Of a stretch of DNA of 64,000 nt, positions 12,053 to 22,835 are shown piece after piece. The stretch's first letter is position 1, and every line of letters starts with the position of its first letter. This DNA is from the human T2T-CHM13v2.0 reference genome, Homo sapiens. Made by a program: the position numbers and the translations under genes. A model generated the notes under the pieces. The model ran no database searches, had not been told where the DNA came from, and was given only the letters and a program-made list of their open reading frames with translations. The stretch lies in NCBI RefSeq assembly GCF_009914755.1, contig NC_060928.1; one strand, 5' to 3'.

Positions 12053-12774
12053 TATATACTACTACAGTATGGGGGAAACCATCCCCATGATTCATATTGC
12101 CTCCCACTGGGTTTCTCCCATAATGTGGGTATTATGGGAGTAGAATTTAAGATGAGATTTGGGTGGGGACACATAGCCAAACCATATCACAAGGCCTAGG
12201 ACAAATAAAAATGGAAGAAATGTGTTTTGTTTTTCTGTGTCATGGGATGTTTTCAATCATGATCATGATCTTATGGCCATGGAAAAATGTTCACAATGTA
12301 TTTCTTAGCAAGTAAACCTGCTATAAAGCAAAATGGAATCATTGATAAATTTCAAACATAAAAAATGTTGGTGACTGAATATTCTCAATTGTGGTTTCCA
12401 CGTGTCTTTCAGTTTTGTTCCTTGGTATTACAATGGTAAATAGAAAAAATATAATAAAATTATCAATTAAGTTTTTGGCATATGTTTGAAAAGTACTTCT
12501 TTAGTTCATTACATTTATTTTTTAATTCAGTGATTTTAAAAATATGTCTTCATTTATTAGAAACAACCCTAAACTGTGGCATTTAATATGAAAACTTGGA
12601 TACATTCCTTTAGTTAAGGTTTGTTTAGTACAGGATACTAGTGTAGGTAATGCAACAAAAACACAGATGACTAATATTCCGCATGTGAATCCTCATCATA
12701 AGGACTTTAAATCTAGAAAAAAACAGTCAATGAGTATGATTAAAAATGCAAATAAATATTTTTAGGTTAAAAGA

Positions 12775-12778
<4 letters not shown>

Positions 12779-12810
<32 letters not shown>
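12779..12810. repeat. (AC)16 microsatellite
   Basis: Directly visible. Confidence 0.97.
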
Positions 12811-12812
<2 letters not shown>

Positions 12813-12889
12813 TCCTTTGGAGTTTAGAACACAAACATAACAGTCACATTAAATATTCCTAAAGAAGTTTGGTCTTTCTATTTTCCTCA

Positions 12890-13075
12890 GAGTTTTATCA
12901 CTACCTGCAATTATCTACCTATTTATTTGCTTGCATCCTCAATTGGGAAGGTAAGCTCCATAGCATAATTGTCCTTTTGACTGGTTCATTACAATGTCTA
13001 TGTTGCATCCCAGCTTCAGGTCAGTTTATAGAACATTATAAGTGTCCAATACATATTTGTTGAATTAATAAATCA
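12890..13075 (+). mobile_element. L2 3' end fragment
   Basis: GTAAGCTCCATAG..CAATACATATTTGTTGAATTAATAAAT resembles the L2 3' terminus. Confidence 0.6.
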
Positions 13076-14047
13076 GTTGTTTCAAGTATTAAAAAGATAA
13101 CCCAAGTAAAGCTTTTAGCACAGTGCTGTATACATGCTAAACACTTCTAATTATGAACTATGTATTATTATTGGCATTATTTTATTTTGAAATAATTCAA
13201 AATAATATGATCAGGGTAAGTTTAAATGCAAAAGTGGTGCCTGAGCTATTTTTTTAAAGGTAAATATTTTAGTACATAGAGTGGGGGAATTCAAGGAAAA
13301 AGAAATGCCAGAAAGAATTAGGAGGCAGAGTGTAGGGCAGACTTTCTGAAATGCAGATGATCAGTTTAAGTAAGCATGTTGGTGCTAAAATTTAAGTAAT
13401 GGGGGCTTGCATAAACATAAGTGAAGCAATTTGGATGTGTTCTCAGAAAAGCATCAAGCTACTAACTTGTACATTCCTTGAAGGAAATCACTTCTCATTC
13501 TTAGTATCAAACACTAAGACTTAGTTCTGTATCACAAATGGCAGACTGAACAAACGATTAAACTAATGAATGCATTATTGAAAAACACTATCCAAAATAG
13601 TGATATAATATCAAAATTGTATCAATAATATAAATCTGGTGGTAATGTTCAAGACTCGGTTTATGGGAAGAGATCAAAGTCTTGGAGATTACATTAGAGG
13701 GTTGTTTGAACAATTTAGGCATGACACAAAAAGACCTAACCTCAAGAACTGTCATTGTGATTGAAATGAAAGTATATGAGAAATATTGTGAAGAAAGTAT
13801 GAACATATAAGTACAAATTCATGTGGTTTTGATATATAGTGTCAGAGCCTTCATCACATTATCTCCAGTGATTTATCAGTTTTTGATTACTTTCTAGTCA
13901 TTTATTCTTAGGGCTAAGCACACTGTGGTGGTTTTCTTTATTGTTTTGTTATTTTTAGATATGTAAAAAGTGCATCCCTTTATAAAAGCATGGGTGTGTA
14001 TATATACACACACACCCATATATGTGTGTGAATGGGTTCCCTCTTCT

Positions 14048-14168
14048 TGATGCTACATTTCAATACAGTGAATATGACTCAAAGCCTGAATACATGTGAC
14101 CCATATACATGTTTATAGAATTATCTGAAATTATTGAGTCATATTCACTATATTGAAATGTAGCATCA
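14048..14168. repeat. Inverted repeat with 35-bp arms (34/35 complementary) and 51-nt spacer
   Basis: TGATGCTACATTTCAATACAGTGAATATGACTCAA (14048-14082) pairs with TTGAGTCATATTCACTATATTGAAATGTAGCATCA (14134-14168). Confidence 0.95.
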
Positions 14169-15299
14169 TAACGAAGGAATCCTGATCAGAGAATGAATAA
14201 TGGTTATTTTTAAAGACAATAAAAAACAACGGCATTCTTCAGAATCACATTTATTTATGTGTACGAGACCAAGGACCTAAGAAAGTTAAAAAGCCATTAG
14301 AGATCTTTCCAAAAATTGACTGCATACTTCTAAAGAATAATACACTGTCTATAATTAAGGAGTAACCTCCCAGCTGCAAGAGTTTCCCAGTCATCATTGA
14401 GTATAATATGAAATGAGCTGACTTGGTCTGAACAGGAGGTCACCCACAGAAAGACATGGGAAATTATACAGTCAAGGCCCCTTGCTGTTAGAAAAAGCTA
14501 TCATTATAATAAAGTAGAATAGCACATTCTTAAAATACCCAAAGGCCTTTCTCATACCAAGGGTTAGCGAATGTCCTCATTATTCTCCAGATCAAAAAAG
14601 CCTTCAAAATGTAATATGAGGAACTGAGACTAAGGACAGGGGCTGGAATAAATTATGAAGTCTTTGGTAGAGTTTTTCACTTGTTTAAATTTCATTTTCT
14701 TTCTCTATCTCTCCCTCTATCTATCCTTTTTCCCCTCACTAACTTGATTTGAATGTCTCTGTAAAAACAGAGGAGAAATTTTAAACTATTAGACTAAAGT
14801 AATCAAATCACACTGCGTGTGCCCAGTATACATTCATTCTCTTCCTTCTGCAGCTTTCTCCTAATCTTTACACACTTTATTTCACCTTCTACCCATAGTA
14901 CCTGTTTCCCAAATATTTTTTTGAAATCCCTAGGCCTTCAACTTCATCCTACTCCATTACTTTCTAGAGGCATCAAGTGCCTCGTATTCACATTGCCTTT
15001 CCTAGTGCCTGGAGCAGAGTACATATTTGTTTGTTGAATGAACAAGTCTTGCTGGCCTTTAAAAAGATTTCATTGTAAACCCCATTAATTATTTTTCCTT
15101 CTGCTTTAAAGTTTCTATCTCTTCTCAGTTTCTCTTTATTGCAGACAAAAAGACTACTTAATCATATTCTACAAAATCCACCATCTAATCATGCCCTTGA
15201 AGTTATCACCTCTTGTTTCTTTAAAGATCAATTCAATATCCGTTATTGTATTTTTTTCTTATTCATTTATCTGCAACATTGCATTTGTCCTACAACTTT

Positions 15300-15495
15300 G
15301 AACCTGGCATAATTCTAAAAACTTTTACATATATCATTCCCTTGTATCTTCATTACAAATTTTGAAATTGGTACTATTATAGTTAATCTACGTGTTGAAA
15401 ATGGGGGCAAGGAGAAGTTAATTTCTTATTCAAAAATTTGACTTTCTGTTGGTGCTGTTGCTGAAATTCTGACAAAAGTCTGATTCTAGAGGCTG
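15300..15495 (-). mobile_element. MIR element (diverged)
   Basis: CCTGGCATAATTCTAAAAACTTTTACATATATCATT..CTTCATTACAA..GGTACTATTAT..GTCTGATTCTAGAG follows the antisense MIR layout. Confidence 0.55.
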
Positions 15496-15712
15496 ACCTG
15501 TGGACCAATATTAACATTAAGTTGCACCCCACATCTGCTGTTTAATGCCTTCTAATCTATTTTTAAATGAACACTCTTTAGAAAATAAAGTTTCAAAAGT
15601 TACTAGTGAATGCCCCAAAGATAAATTCAATGGCATTATCCCATTGTTCATCCTAGCTCTACTTCTCATTTTCTTTATCAAGTTTTTCTTCTTAGTATTA
15701 TGTGTCTCTGAT

Positions 15713-15943
15713 GATTCTTCTAATATTAAGTATGCTAATACTACTTTTCCATATAATAAGTATTTTCTTTCCTCTCAGATTTCTCTTTTTCTTTTTTACA
15801 CTCTTCTCTTTTTTAGGCAACACTTAACGATTCTTCTAATATTAAGTATGCTAATACTAACTTTTCCATATAGTAATTATTTTATTTCCTCTCAGATTTC
15901 TCTTTTTCTTTTCTACACTCTTCTCTTTTTTAGGCAACACTTA
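15713..15943. repeat. 116-bp direct tandem duplication (about 5 differences between copies)
   Basis: Copies start at 15713 and 15829 (GATTCTTCTAATATTAAGTATGCTAATACTA..CTCTTCTCTTTTTTAGGCAACACTTA). Confidence 0.95.
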
Positions 15944-16284
15944 CATATGACCCCTATCTTTCTCTACATATTCTAGTTGGTAATTTCATTGCATTCATCA
16001 TTTCAAAATTAACTATATGCGGATAATTCTCAAATCTATTTATTCAGCTCTTCTATATTTTCTGAGCCCTAATTTATTATTGAGCATTGTCAAACATCTG
16101 TACCACAAAGGAGGTCTGAGAGTTTATTAAATGTACCAAGCTCACTCATGCCTATGTGCTTTTTCCTTTGTCTCAATTATACTTCCCTTCAACTATTCTT
16201 GACCTGGTTAATTTTCAAGTTAGTTTCAAGATCCATGTTTAAAAGAGTCTCTTCCACTTGGGGTTCTTTTATACCTAATGCTCT

Positions 16285-16640
16285 GTATCAAGAGTTCCTG
16301 TGCCCACAGTATCTTCCCTTGATCCTTACTAATAAAAGTCCTGATTTTTCTGTGTGTAAACAGATACCTAGAATAAAGAGTGTATTTCCCAGTCTCTTTT
16401 CAAGACAGGGGAGGTCATGCAATGGGCATTCAACTCAAAGATATGTAAGCAGATGTCTCACATGAGCTCAGCAAAGTTTTTATATTTTATTTTTTACAAT
16501 TTAATTATCACCACAAACCTTTAAATTTAGACAGGCTCCCTTACTTCTTTCCTTTTTCTTGTTGGCTGGAAGACAGACATGAAGGCACGAGGCTGAGCAG
16601 CCTTATCGTATCATAAGGCTGCAACCAAACGTGGCAGAGA
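16285..16640 (+). mobile_element. Diverged ERVL LTR fragment (LTR33-like)
   Basis: CCTTACTAATAAAAGTCCTGATTT..TATTTCCCAGTCTCTTTT..GATATGTAAGCAGATGT..GCAGCCTTATCGTATCATAAGG resembles recalled LTR33. Confidence 0.45.
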
Positions 16641-16674
16641 AGCAAATGCTTCACTGTATTATTTCTATCCTCTT

Positions 16675-16872
16675 ATGTGCTTTATCTCTTTAATATTTGA
16701 CACCATCTAACACTATATCAGTCAAGGTTGTGTATTCTTTTAGTTATCTATCTTACTTTTCTCTTCAACTACACACATGCAGATAATTTGTTTTGTTTTA
16801 TTCAGTATTGTACCACCATGGTCTAGAAGAGTGCTGAGCACATAGTAGGTGCTTAAGTGACGTTTGTTAAAT
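16675..16872 (+). mobile_element. L2 3' end fragment
   Basis: TCTAGAAGAGTGCTGAGCACATAGTAGGTGCTTAAGTGACGTTTGTTAAAT. Confidence 0.75.
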
Positions 16873-18149
16873 TTTTTAAAAAACATTTATTTATTAATAC
16901 ACTGTCTGGATTTTGTCAGTAGTCATGACACCTGTGTACTAGAATTTAGGCACAATAGTTTCCAGTTTAAGAGTGTTAAGAAAGTGGATGAACTAATGAA
17001 AGACATTTTAGCATCTTAGATTTAGAGATGTTTTCATGTTGTGTCCTCCCTTTTGGATGATGCATTCTGTAACCAATCCTCTCCTTTAAAATATCTTAAA
17101 TACTTTTTCACAATATTAAAATCCAGGGGCTTTGATATATCCATTATATACAGCCTTTTAAATTGCCTTATAACCCTCTGGAAACATACTCTAATTGAAT
17201 GAAAAACGTTTCCTTGTGTTCTTAATTTATATTTTCTACAAAAAATGTTTAGACATTACACTGCTAATGCTTTGTTTCCCAGAATTGCTATTATTTATTA
17301 TTATACTAGACCCTCAGTAATTTACACTAATAACTGAGAGACTCACTAGAGACTACTGAATTTGGCAGATTAGTTAGTGAACAAATAAATATGAAAACAT
17401 CAACACTGCTGTACCACAAAATGTGCTTTATTCATTATTTTGATAAGTGTAGTTTAATTATAATCATCTATGGTAATGTTTCACAGTATGCTAATAAACA
17501 GTGTCATATGTTACAAAATTAATGCAATCTTAGTTAAAAGAAAAATTGTTGCTAAATTTGTTCCACTTTTTGGAGAAAAATATAAATCTATGATTTAGTA
17601 TGATTTGCATTACTTTTGTTCCAGAAAAATAGGTCCTATATGTTATTTTAATAATTTCTATTGTTTATTGTCTATATCTCCTGCTAGAAAATACAGTTCA
17701 TGGGAACAGATTTGCTTCCTCGCACACAAATTGTACATATTATGCAGAGATATGTATGTAAGTGTCCATTGTGCAGGTACATAAAACTTTGTAAATGGGA
17801 AGATTTTAAATATAAATTTGTAATTTGTATTACATTTAAATATACATTTTGCTCTGTGTCCGTGGTATTCTATGCTTTCAGCGGCACTACAGGGATAAAT
17901 TATTTATTCCTATTTTTAGTAATCTCTAAGCAATTTTTAATGAGAAGATAACATATCTAAAATCATCGCTAAATTATGAAAAGACAGATCAAGATGACAA
18001 AAAAAATTTTATTGCTTATTTTGTTTTGTTGTTTTGTTTTTCTATGGAGTAGAATATTGAACAGGTACTAATAGCTTTCAGTCATACTTAATAATTTCTA
18101 AATTAAAAAGAGATAATTGAATTCTTACCAAACTAGATTTATTGATTTC

Positions 18150-18895
18150 TCCATTCATTCATTTAAACAATAAATATGTAAGAAATTAGCCATTAAGTTC
18201 TTGTTCATTGTGATAATAAAACAGCAGAAAAGTAAATAAATAAAAATTTTTGCCTTCATGGATATCTCGTTTTCTAGTTGGAGAGATAGAAAGTAAATGA
18301 CATCTGTAGCTAAAATCAGCATAGGTTACAGCATAATAGGAGATTAGGAGAAAAATAAACCAGGGAAGGAGAGAAGTTGTGCCCCACTCAAATCTCACCT
18401 CAGATTGTAATCTCTATAATCCCCACATACCAAGGGCAGAACCAGGTGGAGGTAATTGTATCATGGGGGTGGTTTCCCTCATGCTGTTCTCGTGATCTTG
18501 AGTTCTCATGAGATTTGATGGTTTAAAAGGGGCTCTTTCCCCTTCACTCAGCACTTCTTCCCGCCACCTTGTGAAGAAGGTGCCTTGCTTCCCTTTCACC
18601 TTCCGCCATGATTGTAAGTTTCCTGAGGCCTCCCCAGCCATGTGAAACGGTGAGCCAATTAAACCTCTTTCCCTTATAGATTACCCAGTCTTGGGCAGTT
18701 ACTTATAGCAGTATGAAAACAGACTAATACAGTCAGTGAAGGCGACATTTAAGAAAAGACCTAAAGGGGTTGACGGAGTAATTGTGCTTCAGTCTAACGG
18801 AGGAGCTTTCCAGCCAGAATCAAGCAAGGGCAGACATCCTAAGACAGAAGCTGTTGGTGTGTTTGAGGAAAAAGGTGGCCAGTGTTAGACTGGAT
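18150..18895 (-). mobile_element. L2 fragment interrupted by THE1D LTR
   Basis: CATTCATTCATTTAAACAA..TGCCTTCATGGA..TTCTAGTTGGAGAGATAGA on the left; GACATTTAAGAAAAGACCTAAAGG..GTGTGTTTGAGGAA..GGCCAGTGT on the right. Confidence 0.7.
18378..18731 (+). mobile_element. THE1D solo LTR (first ~15 nt missing)
   Basis: CAAATCTCACC..GGTGGAGGTAATTG..GTGAAGAAGGTGCCTTGCTTCCC..GTTTCCTGAGGCCTCCCCAGCCATG..GGGCAGTT.CTTATAGCAGTATGAAAACAGACTAATACA. Confidence 0.9.
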
Positions 18896-20399
18896 GCTTA
18901 CAAAACAGAAAATGACTAACATTTATGTGAAGTACTAACTACTTACATTCAAAGCAGCACTCATTTTTTAAAAACACACGTAAGTAAAAAGGAGGAACAT
19001 GGAGGTGAGACATAGTGCTAGAAAATAATTTTTTTAATGCGATTTTTTTTAAAAAAACCTCTACATCCTTACAGTCTACCTAAAAAGACAATTAATTTAT
19101 GAAGTGACAGCCAAACTAGCAATACATATTAACAAATTTGTCTGAGTCAGAGAGCTCATTGCAATGTTTTGCTTTTGCATGTACATACGTCTGTGCACAG
19201 CCACACAATTTACTGTTTAATGAAGTTTCAATATATTAAAGAAAATCACCTTAATATCATAGAGCAAATATATTACATTCATAACAATATAATCACAATT
19301 TTATAAGCAAGATTTACTGAAAGTATTTCAAAATTGATAAATGCAAGCTACCAGAATCTTATAGCAAATATAACCTTTCTGTGATTTAAAATCAGGTCAT
19401 CCCAAGATGAGATAAAACAGCCTCCTATTTTAGCTCCTTCTTACAATATTACTAGTAATCATATTTAATGCAAAAGATAAGAAACAAATAAGAGAAATAA
19501 TATCATTAATTATAGATGCTTTCTATTTCAGTGGATACCTAGGGAATTCAATTAATAACTCATCTCACTGCCTGAGTTCTGGAAACACTGAGAAACAAAC
19601 AGAAGCATACAAGACAAGGAAGAAATCTATTACCTTCCAGTACTGAAAAATGGTGGTTATAATTGCAACAAATGTCTTTCTTATAATAGAAATTCAGAAA
19701 TCAAATGACACACTTTATCAAAAGTTATGCTGGATGCCACCACAAGGCTTCCTCATGGACTGGGCCTACATCCCATTTAACAAATAGTCAAATGCAATTA
19801 AGGGGAGATGCTCACTATACTTTTTTTTTTCATTCCAGGAGAACAAGGCTTATTTGTGATTCACATTTTCTTTCCCCTGTAAATAAGTGAATGTGAGGCC
19901 AGAGGAAGTCCAAGAGTGTAATTCTTGGACAGCTACTTCTAAATCTAAGGACATATTCTTAGTGAAAAAAAAAGAGACATCTTCCCTAATAATAGTCTTT
20001 CTATTAAAAATATCCAAAATATGCAGCTGGAATTTAATTGGAAAAATTGAAAATATGGGTGGATACAAACTAAAGATACAGAAAAATAAGAATCTTAATT
20101 TCATACCAACCATCAGTTAAGCTTGTTAATTAATAGATACAGCATTTGTGCTACTATAAAGAGGCTCGTTTATTTCTATTACCAGTTTGGGCCAGAAATA
20201 CATAAAATTTTATTGAGTCTATAAAGTAAATCAAATGATATCATCCCATTTTCTTTTCCAAGAAAATTCTATATTGTGAAGATGTCAATTATCTCCAAAC
20301 TAGTCTATATTTAAATGCAGTTCCCAAGCTATTTCCAACAGGTTTGTCATGTGAAACTTGACAGCTGATTCTACATAGCCAGTTTATCAGTAGTTGTTC

Positions 20400-20672
20400 T
20401 AAGATTGGAAACTTGGGCAGAATTTGATGCTGCAGTGTTGAAGTAGAATGTTTCTGTCTCTGGAAAACCTCAGTTTATGCTCCCCAAGCTTCCAACTGAC
20501 TGAATGAGGCCCACCTACATTATTGAGTATAATCCCCTTTACTTAAAGTCAATTAATTGTAGATATTAACTACATCTGCCAAATAGCTTTATAACAACAC
20601 TGAGATTCTTCTTTGGTTAAGTAAACGGGTAATATAGGCTAGGCAAATCGACACATATAATTAACCATTACA
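20400..20672 (-). mobile_element. MLT2 (ERVL, MLT2C/D-like) LTR fragment
   Basis: GATGCTGCAGTGTTGAAG..CAACTGACTGAATGAGGCCCACC..TTTACTTAAAGTCAAT..GACACATATAATTAACCATTACA. Confidence 0.8.
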
Positions 20673-20842
20673 TCTTATAAAGAGAAAAACACTCAGAATA
20701 GCCATAAATATTTTGAGGAAAGAATAAAAATATAGTGGTACCTTTTTCATCCAGTCTAAATTTATATTGAATATAATACCATTCTTGTAGGTATAATAGA
20801 CAAATAACCTACTGGGAGGTTAGAATTAACATATATGAGGTT

Positions 20843-20931
20843 TCAATATATGACCTTTTCAAAAAAGTGGATTTTTGAAATGGTCATATATTGACCATAT
20901 CACATTTTTGAACCATTTCAAAAAAGCAGAT
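20843..20931. repeat. 23-bp-arm hairpin (22/23, 6-nt loop) plus a third direct copy
   Basis: TCAATATATGACCTTTTCAAAAA-AGTGGA-TTTTTGAAATGGTCATATATTGA, followed by ACCATTTCAAAAAAGCAGAT at 20912-20931. Confidence 0.9.
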
Positions 20932-21120
20932 AAGAGATCCAGTTGTTCATGACTCAATAGATCATGTTGGAATAATTCAATATATATAAAATTTTATATA
21001 TATGTATACACACACATACAAAATATTATTGATAAAATAGATCTTACATAATATCATATATAACAATAAAGCTATAAAGTGCAAAATGAAAATGAATTCT
21101 AAGTGAAAATTTGAAATGTG

Positions 21121-21565
21121 TGTGGGCAGCTGTATTACATAATTGTAAGTTTTCCTTTCCTACTGTCCTTGCCCTGCTTTTAGCGCTGGGAGGATGCAGT
21201 TACCTCTCCTTTTTCATTTGGGCTGGAACACTCATCTCAATTTGCCTAGTGCAAAATGAGTAGGTAAAACGTGTGTAGGAACTTTACATGTGGTTGTGCA
21301 GTTTTGGCTTGTTTTTATGCTTCTGCCATCCACCAATGGCAAGGACTTCTCTGGAGTGCCACTGACATCAGAATAAAAAAAAATCTAGAACATCTTTGAA
21401 CCTAATCTACAACCTGGAATGAAACCAATGAATCACAGCTTAGTCTAGCAGAACACCAGCTGATTTACAGCCCCATGAGCAGGAAAAATAAATGTGTGTT
21501 TAATGTAACTGAGATTTGACATCTTTTGCAACAGTGCTTTATTATTGTGATAGTGATTTAATACA
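21121..21565 (+). mobile_element. MLT1 (MLT1I/J-like) solo LTR
   Basis: TGTGG..CTGTATT start; CAGCTGATTTACAGCCCCATGAGCAGG..AATAAATG..ACTGAGATTTG..GATTTAATACA end. Confidence 0.65.
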
Positions 21566-22384
21566 TTAAAGGAAATATTAGAGAAATGTGTGAGTGTTTT
21601 ATTTACAGAGTGAAGAATGCTTTTCTAGGCCAAAAAATAAAAAAACAAAACATACAAAAACACGAAAAAATTGCCTTTATAAATATATAAAGCATTAATG
21701 AAGTAAAATAAATATCAAATAAAAATACGATAACCTATGAAAAACTATGCAACATGAAAAGATTGATATTATAAAATTCAAAAAACTCCTGCATTATTGA
21801 AAATAACAAAATAGGATAATGGCTAAAAATAAATATGTAGAAATATTAGCAGAAAAATACTTTGAAGATGATTATCTCTTAGTAATATTTGTGTCATAAG
21901 AAATAAAATAGTTATTTTGTTCTTTAAAGGGTAAAAATAAAACAATGAAAATAACAAGTGGTTTCAAGGGTAAGGATCGATGGGAATATTTTCTGTTTGG
22001 GAAAGATTAATTTTAGAGTAATTTTAATTATTACCTATATTTCAAATGCACATAACTTCCATCTAGCAATTCTACTTCTAATAATTCTATCAAAATTTTA
22101 ATATTTAAGCTTATACATGCTTATATAAAAGTGTCCATGTTTACATTGCATATTAGAGCAAAAAATGAAAACAATCTAAATGTGCATCATTTAACAATTT
22201 TTATTTGTAATATACCCAACAACACAATGTCTGGTGCATAATGCATGTTAAATAAGAATCAGTAATACTTATCAATCAATAAACCATGCTCCAACTAAGT
22301 CTAATCCGAGTTGTTAAGATATTTAGTTTACTCTTCAGAAACATACGTTTAGGTGAAAGTTAAAATCTTATTTTTGCTCTTAAA

Positions 22385-22835
22385 AATTCCTAAATTGATT
22401 TATATGTTCAATACAATCACAAACAAATTTCTACAAGGTGTTTTTGTAAAAATTGACAAGCAGATTCTAAAATTTGTGTAGAAATGTAAATGACTTCCCA
22501 AAAGATGATCAGTGTTGAAGGGCTTATGTCATCTAATTTTAACACTTACTATAAAACCACAGTACTGGAGCATAAACATAGACAAGTGGAGAGGAATAGA
22601 GCGTCCAAAAATAGACTCATGCATCATTAATCAGTATGTTATTAAACGAATTACTTATATTAATTGTATAATTAATCAGTTAATTATTAAATTAAACAAT
22701 TAATTTGTCCATTAATTTTTGATAAAGGGGTAAAGACAATTGAATGGAGATAGTCTTCAAAAAACGATGCTAAAACAATTGTATAGTCATACCCAATAAA
22801 AAGATCCTCAATCCGTACCTTGTACCATATAAACA
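22385..22835 (+). mobile_element. L1M ORF2 fragment
   Basis: AAATTGATTTATATGTTCAATACAATC..AAATTGACAAGCAGATTCTAAAATTT..ACTTACTATAAAACCACAGT..GAATAGAGCGTCCAAAAATAGAC..TTTTTGATAAAGG. Confidence 0.75.

Larger units (their letters stand above)
9803..12189 (-). mobile_element. Near full-length THE1 (THE1A/B-type) MaLR provirus: 3' LTR 9803-~10134, internal region ~10135-11717, 5' LTR 11718-12189
   Basis: Two homologous LTRs (TGTATTAGT.CATTTTCA..GATAAAGACATAC..GATTTGGGTGGGGACAC). The internal region starts on the minus strand with GTAAATTGGTACCAGTAGAG. Broken MaLR ORF pieces are present (11380..11583 -, ..DNKIQAEVVSDGVEELVGNWSKGDS..). Confidence 0.95.
20265..21110 (+). mobile_element. Ancient L1M ORF2-region fragments, interrupted by an MLT2 piece
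   Basis: ATATTGTGAAGATGTCAATTATCTCCAAA..GAAACTTGACAGCTGATTCTA and AGAATAGCCATAAATATTTTGAGGAAAGAATAAA are typical L1M ORF2 motifs. Confidence 0.6.

Noticed and set aside
15545-15976. 143-aa hydrophobic ORF resembling a membrane protein with an internal repeat
   Set aside because: The hydrophobicity comes from T-rich DNA and the repeat is the 116-bp DNA duplication. There is no gene context.
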